A DNA stretch of 64,000 bases from Gemmatimonadaceae bacterium (lineage in GTDB: Bacteria; Gemmatimonadota; Gemmatimonadetes; Gemmatimonadales; Gemmatimonadaceae): positions 1 to 64,000 of the forward strand of contig JBBDYC010000011.1 of the NCBI GenBank assembly GCA_040901985.1, written 5' to 3'. The notes under the pieces are model-generated. The model ran no database searches. It saw only the letters and a program-made list of their open reading frames with translations, and had not been told where the DNA came from. The position numbers were made by a program, and so were the translations under genes. Of the stretch, positions 36,637 through 45,306 are shown in pieces (the first letter of the stretch is position 1; every line of letters begins with the position of its first letter).

Positions 36637-38120
36637 CGGGGCCCGAGGCCGAGCGAGGGCCAGAGCGCGTCCACCCGCGCCTTGGTCGCGTCGTCCATCA
36701 CGATCACCTTCGGCCAGTCGCGCGTGAAGCCCTCCTCCGGCCACTTCCGTGTGGCGTCAATGCCCATCTTCGAGCCGTAGGTGAAGGCGCGGCTCGAGTG
36801 GTCGAGCACGTCCATCGGCCCCATCGTGAAACGGGTGTCGCGCTGGGGGTCAATGTTGTTGAGCGCCACCCACCACGCCTCCTGCGGGTCCTGTACGTCC
36901 ACCCAGTCATCCACCACCACGAGCACCTTCGCAAGGCTCATCAGGCCGGCGCCCCAGAGCGCATTCATCACCTTGTACGCCTGGCCCGGATACTGCTTCT
37001 TGATCGAGACGAAGACGAGGTTGTGAAAGATCCCCTCGGCGGGCATGTGGTAGTCCACGATCTCCGGCGTCGTCAGCTTCAGCAGCGGGAGGAAGATCCG
37101 CTCGGTGGCGTGGCCAAGATAGTAGTCCTCCATCGGCGGCCGGCCGACGATCGTGGCGCAGTACACCGGACGCTTGCGCATCGTCACCGCCGTCACGTGC
37201 ACGCGCGGGTACAGGTCGGCCTCCGAGTAGTAGCCGGTGTGGTCACCGAACGGTCCCTCCACGACAAGTTCCTCCCGGGGGTCGATGTAGCCCTCGATCA
37301 CGAACTCGGCGTCGGCCGGCACCTCGAGGTCGCAGGTGACCGCCTTGGCCAGTTTCACCGGCGCCTTGCGGAGGAACCCGGCGAAGATGAACTCATCCAC
37401 GTTCGGCGGGAGCGGCGCGCTCGCCGAATACATTGACGCCGGGTCGGCCCCGACGACGATGCAGACCGGCATCCGCTCGCCCCGCTCGGCCATCTCGCGC
37501 CAATGCGCCGCCCCCGTCTTGTGGCGCTGCCAGTGCATCACCACGTCGCGCTTGCCGAGCTGCTGCACGCGGTACATCCCGACGTTGCGAATCCCACGCG
37601 TCGGGTCCTTCGAGACCACCGCCGTCATCGTGAGGAACGGCCCGCCGTCCTCGGGCCAGGTCGTGAGCACGGGGAGCCGGTCGAGGTCAATGTCATCGCC
37701 CTGCCAGACGACCTCCTGGCAGGCCGGCGTCCCCGAGGCCATTCGCGGCGGGAACTTCGCGATCTCGAGGAGCCGCGGCAGCAACTGGAGCTTGCCGAGG
37801 AATCCCTCCGGCACCTTGAGGTCCATCAGCTTGGTGATCCGCTCGCCGTGCTCGTCGAGCCGCTCCACGCCGACGGCCATCGCCATCCGCGAGAGCGAGC
37901 CGAAGAGGTTGATTGCCACCGGGAACTGCGAGACCGCTCCGTCCCGCAGCAGCGGCTGCTCGAAGAGGAGCGCCGGGCCGCCGCCGGGCATCTTCATCAC
38001 GCGATCGGCGATCTCGCACATCTCGAGGTCCACCTTCACCGGCTGCGCGACGCGGCGGAGCTCGCCCGCGGCGTCAATCGCGTCAATGAACTCCTGCAGG
38101 GTGTCGAGTGTCCTCGTCAC
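36633..38120 (-). CDS. ubiD: UbiD-family decarboxylase (menaquinone biosynthesis, MqnL-like)
   Basis: 'GGGPALLFE', 'RNVGMYR', 'EGPFGDHTGYY', 'GRPPMED', 'KMGIDAT'. Confidence 0.93.
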   Translation of the reverse strand: MTRTLDTLQEFIDAIDAAGELRRVAQPVKVDLEMCEIADRVMKMPGGGPALLFEQPLLRDGAVSQFPVAINLFGSLSRMAMAVGVERLDEHGERITKLMDLKVPEGFLGKLQLLPRLLEIAKFPPRMASGTPACQEVVWQGDDIDLDRLPVLTTWPEDGGPFLTMTAVVSKDPTRGIRNVGMYRVQQLGKRDVVMHWQRHKTGAAHWREMAERGERMPVCIVVGADPASMYSASAPLPPNVDEFIFAGFLRKAPVKLAKAVTCDLEVPADAEFVIEGYIDPREELVVEGPFGDHTGYYSEADLYPRVHVTAVTMRKRPVYCATIVGRPPMEDYYLGHATERIFLPLLKLTTPEIVDYHMPAEGIFHNLVFVSIKKQYPGQAYKVMNALWGAGLMSLAKVLVVVDDWVDVQDPQEAWWVALNNIDPQRDTRFTMGPMDVLDHSSRAFTYGSKMGIDATRKWPEEGFTRDWPKVIVMDDATKARVDALWPSLGLGPR

Positions 38121-38872
38121 TTGGTGCCCACGTGCACGGCGGCGATCCCCAGGGTGAGCGTGTCGAAGTGCACGTCGCGGAATCCGGCGCCGGTCATCGC
38201 CGCCGCGAGCGCCGCGGTCTCCGGGAAGTTCGCCACCGAGCGAGGCAGGTAGGTGTAGGCAGTGCGGTGGCCGCTGACCAGCCGGCCGATCAGCGGCAGG
38301 ATGCGATGGAAGTAGAACAGATAGGCCGCCCGGACGAGCGGGACGCGCGGGGTGGAGAACTCGAGGATCACGAAGCGCGCGCCCGGCTTGAGTGTGCGCC
38401 GCACCTCGCGCAGGGCGGCGTTGAGGTCGGCGACGTTGCGGATTCCGAACGCCACGATGGCGCCGGCGAATGCGTCGTCGCGCACCGGCAGCGCCAACGC
38501 GTCGGCGACGACCGGCACCAGCACGTCGGCCGGCGCCTTGCCGGCGCCCGCGCGCAGCATCGGCTCGGCGAAGTCGGCGCCGAGGATCCGTCCGCGAAAG
38601 CCCGGGCGCCGGCTCAGCGCGGCGCCGACGTCGAGCGTCCCCGCGCAAAGGTCGAGGTAGGCCCCGTCGGGCGACGCCGTCCACGCCAGGTGCTCAAGCG
38701 CCACCCGGCGCCACCGCCGGTCAATCCCGAGCGAGAGCAATCGGTTGAGCAAGTCGTAGCGCGGGGCGATCTCCGAGAAGATCCGCTGCACGTACGTGCG
38801 CTTCCCCGCCACCGACGCCCCCGCCGCGGCCGCCGCAGCCTCCTGGGCCTCATTCTCGAGCGCGGTCGTCAT
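38117..38872 (-). CDS. ubiE: UbiE/MenG quinone C-methyltransferase
   Basis: 'FSEIAPRYDLLNRLLSLGIDRRWR', 'LDLCAGT', 'FGIRNV', 'AYTYLPRSV'. Confidence 0.93.
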   Translation of the reverse strand: MTTALENEAQEAAAAAAGASVAGKRTYVQRIFSEIAPRYDLLNRLLSLGIDRRWRRVALEHLAWTASPDGAYLDLCAGTLDVGAALSRRPGFRGRILGADFAEPMLRAGAGKAPADVLVPVVADALALPVRDDAFAGAIVAFGIRNVADLNAALREVRRTLKPGARFVILEFSTPRVPLVRAAYLFYFHRILPLIGRLVSGHRTAYTYLPRSVANFPETAALAAAMTGAGFRDVHFDTLTLGIAAVHVGTK

Positions 38873-38925
38873 AGTTCCCGAAAGTTGCCCGCCGTGTGCG
38901 GGGCGGGCAAGTTTCCCGGTTGCGA

Positions 38926-39528
38926 ATGGCGCCCACCCTCGACCTCCCGAATCTCCCCGACGCCGAAGTCGTCGTCCTGGCGCAGCGGGGACGCGAGCCG
39001 GCGTTCCGCGAGCTCATCCGGCGCTACGAGCGCCCGGTCTTTTCGCTCATCTACCGGATGGTCCGCGACAGCACCACCGCCGAGGACCTCTCTCAGGATG
39101 CGTTCATCAAGGTCCTGAACCACCTCGACAAGTACCGGCCGGAGTTCAAGTTCTCGAGTTGGCTCTTCAAGATCGCCAACAACGTCGCGATTGATCACCT
39201 TCGCCGACGTCAGGTGGCGACCGTCTCGATGGACGGATCCCCGCACGCGACGACCGCCACCGAGATCGCGGCCACCTCGATTGACGTCGCCGACCAAGGC
39301 GAGTCCCCGCTCGACGCGCTCGCCTCGCGCGAGCTTGGTACCGCAATCGAAGAGGCGATCGGCCAGCTCCGCCCCGAATACCGCAACTGCATAATGCTCC
39401 GCCACGTCGAAGGCCGCTCCTACGAGGAGATTGCCGCGACACTCGACCTCCCCTTAGGCACCGTCAAGACCTACATCCATCGGGCGCGACACCAACTGCG
39501 CGAGGCATTGGAGCACCTGAGGGAATAG
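38926..39528 (+). CDS. ECF sigma-70 factor (SigW/RpoE-like)
   Basis: Region 2 'AEDLSQDAFIK...FSSWLFKIANN'; region 4 'SYEEIAATLDLPLGTVKTYIHRAR'. Confidence 0.93.
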   Translation: MAPTLDLPNLPDAEVVVLAQRGREPAFRELIRRYERPVFSLIYRMVRDSTTAEDLSQDAFIKVLNHLDKYRPEFKFSSWLFKIANNVAIDHLRRRQVATVSMDGSPHATTATEIAATSIDVADQGESPLDALASRELGTAIEEAIGQLRPEYRNCIMLRHVEGRSYEEIAATLDLPLGTVKTYIHRARHQLREALEHLRE

Positions 39529-39647
39529 GCGTGAGGTGTAAGGTGTGGTGACTACGCAGGCGGCAACTAGTGTGCAAATGCCTAAGCTGTTGTGTTGTAA
39601 GCAGTTACCTCCAACCTCCCACCTGCCACCTCCCACCTGTAGTGAAG

Positions 39648-39676
39648 TGAAACCCCCGTCCTTCCCCCGCCGTAAA
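39648..39676 (+). promoter_or_regulatory. ECF (SigW-type) promoter upstream of the anti-sigma gene
   Basis: TGAAAC (39648-39653) - 17 nt - CGTAAA (39671-39676), followed by AAGGAG RBS. Confidence 0.6.
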
Positions 39677-39694
39677 GACCGCAAGGAGAATCCA

Positions 39695-40270
39695 ATGCAG
39701 CACCGGCACCTGCTTCCCCAAGAGATTGACCTGCTCGTTGACGGCGACGTCGGCTTCGGCGTGGCGCCGTTGCGGGCCCACGTGGACGAGTGCGCCGAGT
39801 GTCGCGACCGCGTGGCGTCGCTCGGCAGCGTCGCCCTCGCGCTCGACGCCCTGCCGCACTTCGCGCCCCGCCGCGACTTCAGCGACCAGGTGATGCAGCA
39901 GGTGCAGGTGATTGAACCGTGGCACGTGGCCTTCGCCGAGGGCGCGCGCCGGCTCATCCCGACGAGCGCGCCGATCCGCGCCTTGGCGGCCGTCGGTGCC
40001 GGCGCCGCGGCGCTGGCCATCTCGGGGAGCGCGGCCTGGCTCGCGTTCCGCGTTGACCTCGCGGCGTGGACCTACAACGTCGTGCTCGACCGCAGCCGCG
40101 AGGGCCTGATGGCCGGCGCAGGCGCACTCGTCCGCGCCGCCTTTGCCGACGTCCCGGGCGCCAGTCTCACCACCATCGCCGTGGGCACGGCGGTGCTCGC
40201 CCTGACGGCGCTCGGCGCGCTCGCCGGCTTCCGACGACTCGCTGCGGCCGCCCGCGCCAGCCGGAACTGA
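39695..40270 (+). CDS. Zinc-binding (ZAS) transmembrane anti-sigma factor
   Basis: HxxxCxxC motif 'HVDECAEC'; two TM segments; adjacent to the ECF sigma. Confidence 0.85.
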   Translation: MQHRHLLPQEIDLLVDGDVGFGVAPLRAHVDECAECRDRVASLGSVALALDALPHFAPRRDFSDQVMQQVQVIEPWHVAFAEGARRLIPTSAPIRALAAVGAGAAALAISGSAAWLAFRVDLAAWTYNVVLDRSREGLMAGAGALVRAAFADVPGASLTTIAVGTAVLALTALGALAGFRRLAAAARASRN

Positions 40271-40274
40271 CCCG

Positions 40275-41360
40275 ATGCAGTCCCTGATGCGGACCCTTGC
40301 CGCGACGATCCTGCTCGTCGCGGCCACGCGCGGGTCGGAGGCGCAGGTGAGTAGTGCCGCCCTCCCCGCCGATAGTGTACAGACCGCCCTGCGAGCGCTG
40401 TCGTTGACGCCGGAGGGCGTCGAGGTCAACGGGCGGTACGTGCGCGGCGACGCCATCGTGGAGGCCGGCGACACCGTGCGCGGCCCCCTGGTGACCCTGA
40501 ATGGCGACGCCGACATCCGCGGCGTCGTCGCCGGAAACGTCTACGCGATCTTCGGCGACGTGACCGTGCGCGATGGCGCCGAGGTCCTCGGCGGCGTCTC
40601 CGCCTGGCGCGGCCGGGTGCTCGTCGAAGGCGGCCGCGTGCGCGGCGCGATGCACGCGCGCCCGATTGCCGCCGCCGCGCGGCCCACCGCCGCGCCGATC
40701 TCGACGGCGCGCGCCATCCAACTCAGCGCCGGCTGGACCGCAATGCTGATCATCGTCGGTCTCGTGGTCCTCGTCCTCGCCAGTCGGAATCTCGAGGCCA
40801 CGGCGCAGGTGCTCGAGCGCGACTTTGGCCGCGCCTTCCTGGCCGGCGTCGTCGGCCAGATTGGCTTCCTGCCGCTACTCCTCCTCGGCGTCGTCGCGCT
40901 CGCCGTGACGCTGGTCGGCATCCTCCTGATTCCATTCGTGCTTGTTGTCGCGCCGGTGGCACTGGCCGGACTCGTCACGCTCGGCTTTCTCTCGCTCGCG
41001 CTCCTCTGCGGCCGCGCGCTGCGGCGCGGGGTCGCCGACCCCACGTCACGCGCGGCGATGCTTGGCGCGCTCGTGCCGGGGATCGTCCTCCTGATGGCCC
41101 CGTGGCTCCTCGCGAGCGCGGTATACGGCACGGGGACCGTCGCGGTGCTCGCGCGGGCGGCCGCGCTCGGGATCACCTGGGTCGCAGCGACCGCCGGCCT
41201 GGGCGGGGCGCTCCTCTCCCGCGCCGGCACCGGGCGGGCTGCCAGCGCCAAGGGGGGTGGCGGGCCGCCGCCCCAGGGGGGGCAGACGCCGACGCCGGGG
41301 GCCGGCGGGGCGACCGCGCGCCGTCCCGTGCCGGCCCGGCCCGGCGCACCCAGCGCCTAG
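40275..41360 (+). CDS. Membrane protein with bactofilin-like beta-helix repeats
   Basis: Signal peptide; 'GDTVRGPLVTLNGDADIRGVVAGNVYAIFGDVTV..GAEVLGGV' repeats; multiple C-terminal TMs. Confidence 0.75.
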   Translation: MQSLMRTLAATILLVAATRGSEAQVSSAALPADSVQTALRALSLTPEGVEVNGRYVRGDAIVEAGDTVRGPLVTLNGDADIRGVVAGNVYAIFGDVTVRDGAEVLGGVSAWRGRVLVEGGRVRGAMHARPIAAAARPTAAPISTARAIQLSAGWTAMLIIVGLVVLVLASRNLEATAQVLERDFGRAFLAGVVGQIGFLPLLLLGVVALAVTLVGILLIPFVLVVAPVALAGLVTLGFLSLALLCGRALRRGVADPTSRAAMLGALVPGIVLLMAPWLLASAVYGTGTVAVLARAAALGITWVAATAGLGGALLSRAGTGRAASAKGGGGPPPQGGQTPTPGAGGATARRPVPARPGAPSA

Positions 41361-42049
41361 ACGTACCGGACGTCGCGGCCGGTGCGGTCCGCCGGCGTCG
41401 CCACCGCGTCGTTCAACCACTCGATCACCGCCGCCCAGCCGAGTGACTCGGGGTCGTGGCGCAGGTAGCCCTCGACCACCGCCAACACGTGGAAGCCGTG
41501 CCGGAGCTGGAACGAGAGCGTGGCGTCGCGAATCGAGCCGCGCACGACCCGCAACGTGTACTCCTCGGCGGTCATTTTCCTCGCGTATCGGTGGTAGCCG
41601 CGCAGCCGGGCTCCGGCGCGGATGCGGAGGAGGCCCAGCCGTTCCGCGAGGGCACGCCGCACGGCGTAGAGCTTGCTGCCGATCCCCGTTCCGCGGATTG
41701 CCGGGTCCACCATCACCTCGGCGCCGTACAGCGTGCGGCCGAGCACGGGGTTGTGGTTGGTGAACATTCCGCTGGCGGTGAAATCGCGCCACGCGGAATC
41801 CATCGCGTAGTCGTCCCAGTAGACGATGAGACTCGCCGCGTAGCCGGAGATGCTCCCGTCGCGCTCGACGGCCACCAGTTGGCCCTCCGGAAACACCTCC
41901 AGGTGGGACGCCAACTGGTTGGTGGACCAGGGAACGCTCTCTGGGTAGGTGCGACGGCAGAGGGCGATGATGCCCGGGAAGTCGTCGGTGACCACCGGGC
42001 GGACGCGCGTGTGGCGCCGCGGCCGCTGCGGTTTGACCGACGACGTCAC
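41357..42049 (-). CDS. GNAT-family N-acetyltransferase (YkwB-like)
   Basis: 'HLEVFPEGQLV', 'TLYGAEVMVDP..RGTGIG..LY', 'GARLRGY', 'LSFQL..GF'. Confidence 0.88.
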   Translation of the reverse strand: MTSSVKPQRPRRHTRVRPVVTDDFPGIIALCRRTYPESVPWSTNQLASHLEVFPEGQLVAVERDGSISGYAASLIVYWDDYAMDSAWRDFTASGMFTNHNPVLGRTLYGAEVMVDPAIRGTGIGSKLYAVRRALAERLGLLRIRAGARLRGYHRYARKMTAEEYTLRVVRGSIRDATLSFQLRHGFHVLAVVEGYLRHDPESLGWAAVIEWLNDAVATPADRTGRDVRYV

Positions 42050-42930
42050 AGCGCCTCCTCGTCCACCTCCGCGACCAGCGCCGCGGTCCGCTCCGAGTCG
42101 TGGAGCGGGAGCACGGTCCCCGTGGTGCGCGCGCGCAGGATGCTGTCCATATTGAGCTCGCCGATGACCATCGCCTCCTGGTTCGGGATCCCCTCGGCGA
42201 GGATGCCGTCGCGCGCGAACGGAAAGTCGGAGGGCGTGAGGATTGCCGCCTGCCCGAAGTTGAGCGAGACCGCAGGGACCATCGGCAGCGACCCGACCGT
42301 GTGCGCCGTGATCACGTACATCTGGTTCTCGATCGCGCGCGCCTGCGCGCAGTAGCGCACCCGGAGCATCCCCTGGCGGTCATCGGTACAGCTCGGCACG
42401 AGGAGGATCTTGGCGCCGCGGCGTGCCGCCGCCCGGGCAATCTCCGGGAACTGCACGTCGTAGCAGATGGCGATGGCGATCCGGCCGAGCGCGGTGTCGA
42501 ACACCTTGAGCCGGTTGCGCGGCTTGACGATCCACTCCTCCGACTCGAAGCGCGTCATATGCAGCTTGGGCTGCACGCGATGCGACCCGTCGGGGCCGAA
42601 GAAGAAACTCTCGTTGAAGATCTCGTCCCCGTCCACCACCGGGATCGTCCCGGCGCAGATATAGCGGCCGTGTTTCTTGGACAGCGCGCCGAAGAGCTCG
42701 ACGTAACGCGGGACGAAACTGGCCAGCCGCCGGACCTGCTCGCGGATCGACGCGCGGATGTCGCCGAGCGTGAGGAGCTGGAGCGTGAAGTACTCGGGAA
42801 AGAGCATCAACTGGCACTTGTAGTCGTGGGCGGTCTCGACGAGCCCGGTCACCTGCGCCGCGAACTGGTCGAAGGTCTCGACCGGACGAATGAGGTATTG
42901 CAGCGTGGCGACGCGGATCCGTTCTTCCAT
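42046..42930 (-). CDS. Carbon-nitrogen hydrolase (nitrilase superfamily)
   Basis: Catalytic E-K-C in 'FPEYF', 'PKLHMT', 'ICYDVQFPE'. Confidence 0.92.
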   Translation of the reverse strand: MEERIRVATLQYLIRPVETFDQFAAQVTGLVETAHDYKCQLMLFPEYFTLQLLTLGDIRASIREQVRRLASFVPRYVELFGALSKKHGRYICAGTIPVVDGDEIFNESFFFGPDGSHRVQPKLHMTRFESEEWIVKPRNRLKVFDTALGRIAIAICYDVQFPEIARAAARRGAKILLVPSCTDDRQGMLRVRYCAQARAIENQMYVITAHTVGSLPMVPAVSLNFGQAAILTPSDFPFARDGILAEGIPNQEAMVIGELNMDSILRARTTGTVLPLHDSERTAALVAEVDEEAL

Positions 42931-42949
42931 CCCAGCTCCAGCGTTGGGG

Positions 42950-44089
42950 TCAGGCCGGCGCGTGCACGCCCACCTGCGCGGCGACGGCGAGGGCGATCTC
43001 GGTCAGCTTGCGGGCGGCGGTGGACGTCGGGTCCGAGACGACGATCGGCGCCCCGCGGTCGCCGCCCTCCAGCACCGGCGGGTAGAGCGGGACCTCGCCG
43101 AGCAACGCCACCTTGAGCTCGTCGGCGAGTCGGCGGCCGCCCCCGGTGCCGAAGATCGCCATCGGCTTGCCCGTCTCCGGCGACTCGAAGTACGACATAT
43201 TCTCGACCACGCCGAGCACCGGCACGCCGACGCGCTCGAACATCTTGGCGCCGCGCAGCGCATCGCCCACCGCCACCTCCTGCGGCGTCGTCACGATCAC
43301 CGCGCCCGACACGTTGGTCGCCTGGACCAGCGAGAGCTGCGCGTCGCCGGTGCCGGGTGGCATATCCACCAGCAGGAAGTCGAGGCCGCCCCATTCGACG
43401 TCACGGAGGAACTGCGTGATGATCTTCATCACGATTGGCCCGCGCCAGATCGCCGGCTGGTCGCGCTCGATGAGGAAGCCGAGCGAGATGACCTTCACCC
43501 CGTGCGCGACGAGGGGCTGGATCTTGTCGTTCTTGATCGGTGGGGCGTCGTCCACGCCCATCATTCGCGGGATGTTCGGTCCGTAGATGTCGGCGTCCAT
43601 CAGGCCGATCTTATAGCCAGCCATCGCGAGGGCGATCGCGATGTTGGTGGTCACGGTGGACTTGCCGACGCCCCCCTTCCCCGACGAGACGGCGATGATG
43701 CGGCCGAGTCCGGGGTAGGTGACCGGCGCCGGGACGCCCCTTGGGGCGCCGGCCGCGCCACGGGCCTTTGCCGGCGCGGCGTCACCCAGCACCGGCAGCG
43801 TCCGCGAGCGGGGCTTGGGCGCCGGCGTCGCCGGCGCCCCCGCCTCCGCGGCGTCCTTCACATCCACCCGGACGTCGGTGACACCCTCGACCGCCTCGAG
43901 CGCCTGCCGGACCTGACGCGCGAGCATCGGGTCGTCCTGGGCGCCAAGGAGCAGCGTCACGCGCACCTTGCCGTCGCGCGTCGCGGCGATGTCGCGTACC
44001 TGTTGGGTCTGGTACACCGAGGCGCCGGTCCGCGGGTTGGCGATTGGCGCGAGCGCCTCGGCGAGGCGCGCCTGGAGCGGTTCGGTCAT
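42950..44089 (-). CDS. mrp: Mrp/NBP35 (ApbC) Fe-S cluster carrier ATPase
   Basis: 'VSSGKGGVGKST', 'DADIYGP', 'WRGP', 'DMPPGTGD', 'VENMS'. The usual CxxC after ENMS reads 'ESPETG' here. Confidence 0.92.
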   Translation of the reverse strand: MTEPLQARLAEALAPIANPRTGASVYQTQQVRDIAATRDGKVRVTLLLGAQDDPMLARQVRQALEAVEGVTDVRVDVKDAAEAGAPATPAPKPRSRTLPVLGDAAPAKARGAAGAPRGVPAPVTYPGLGRIIAVSSGKGGVGKSTVTTNIAIALAMAGYKIGLMDADIYGPNIPRMMGVDDAPPIKNDKIQPLVAHGVKVISLGFLIERDQPAIWRGPIVMKIITQFLRDVEWGGLDFLLVDMPPGTGDAQLSLVQATNVSGAVIVTTPQEVAVGDALRGAKMFERVGVPVLGVVENMSYFESPETGKPMAIFGTGGGRRLADELKVALLGEVPLYPPVLEGGDRGAPIVVSDPTSTAARKLTEIALAVAAQVGVHAPA

Positions 44090-44170
44090 CGGCGGGGCGA
44101 AATGGGCAAGGGTCCATCGTTCGGCATCCCGAACGATAGACCCTTGCCGGCCCCGCTCAAAGCCCAGCGG

Positions 44171-45304
44171 TCAATACGATGGGTAGCTGTTCGCCCAGGA
44201 GTTCTGGTAGACGCGGAGCGAGCCCAGCGCCTGCATCGCGCTGTTCACCCGGCAAGAGTTATAGAGGTACTTCTTGGTGCCGTTCAGGTCGTTCACGTCG
44301 TTGTCGTCCACGGAGTACCCAAGCTTCACGTTGAGCCCGGTAATGGTGGCGCCCTGCACCTCGTTGGTGCCATTCGACGTCAGGCGCCCGCCGACGAGGA
44401 TGATGCCGTTCCAACCCGCCGTATTACCGTTGAGCCGCAGGTCGCCGAAGACAATCAGCATTCCGCGCCCGAACACGTTCAAGGTGAACTGCGAGGTCGG
44501 ATCCGGACCGTTCCGCACGATGATGGTCGGATACTGCGTGGGGTTGTCGTTGAACCAGTCCTGACTGGGGAATCCGGTGCCGTCGGCTGCGACGTCGAAG
44601 TCCGGCGTGATCGCGTTGTGGTTGACGATCGCGTCCCAGTCGAAGGGGACCTCGTCGGCGGCCTCTTCGGCCGTTGTCCCGATTGTATCGACCTTCGGAT
44701 CGCCTTCCAGCGGCGTCGTGCTGCCGGTGAACCCGGGGTCCGCCGGAACCGCGACTGCCGGCAGCGTCGTCCCCGTCCCGCCGCTGCCGACCGGGCACTG
44801 GTCCACGCCGCTGATGATGCCGGAGTTGCCGGCCTTGTTGATGCCGTTGATCCCGGTCATCGACGACTGAACCGTGAAGGCCATATTCTGGAACGCGGCA
44901 AACGCCGAGACCATCGCAACGGAGTTGGCACCGCCGGCCGTTCCCGTGCGTTGATTGACGCCGCGGGCGCGGACCACGTAGAGCGCCGGCACCGTCGTCC
45001 CCACTGCCGCCCGGAGCTGCGTGGTCACGATATCGGTGTAGCCGCCCGAGAGGTTCACCCTGACCGACTCCGTGCCGGCCGGCGGCACGGCCGCGAGGCC
45101 CAGCCCGGCGCGGTTCCTGAGGCCCTGCTGGAGTCCCGTCTCGGCGAACGCCGTCGCCGTCTCGCCCTGCAGCGTGGCGTCGTCGGCCGCGCGTTCGCCG
45201 CTCAGCATCGCGAACCCCGATGCGAGCGCGCCGACGAGGATGAACATCACGAGGATGACCATCGGGATGGCAAAGCCGGAACGATTTTTCGGATACGTGC
45301 GCAT
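44171..45304 (-). CDS. PilX-like minor pilin / pilus assembly protein
   Basis: 'RSGFAIPMVILVMFIL' prepilin-like N-terminus lacking Glu5; 'AFAETGL'; large C-terminal domain. Confidence 0.75.
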   Translation of the reverse strand: MRTYPKNRSGFAIPMVILVMFILVGALASGFAMLSGERAADDATLQGETATAFAETGLQQGLRNRAGLGLAAVPPAGTESVRVNLSGGYTDIVTTQLRAAVGTTVPALYVVRARGVNQRTGTAGGANSVAMVSAFAAFQNMAFTVQSSMTGINGINKAGNSGIISGVDQCPVGSGGTGTTLPAVAVPADPGFTGSTTPLEGDPKVDTIGTTAEEAADEVPFDWDAIVNHNAITPDFDVAADGTGFPSQDWFNDNPTQYPTIIVRNGPDPTSQFTLNVFGRGMLIVFGDLRLNGNTAGWNGIILVGGRLTSNGTNEVQGATITGLNVKLGYSVDDNDVNDLNGTKKYLYNSCRVNSAMQALGSLRVYQNSWANSYPSY

Positions 45305-45306
45305 GG

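Noticed and set aside
41245..41315. Gly-rich, G-run-laden C-terminus as a real low-complexity domain or G4
   Set aside because: GGG codons at positions where TGG/GTG would give a more typical 'WQTPTPV.GV' suggest T-to-G sequencing errors in a GC-rich stretch. Needs read inspection before any interpretation.
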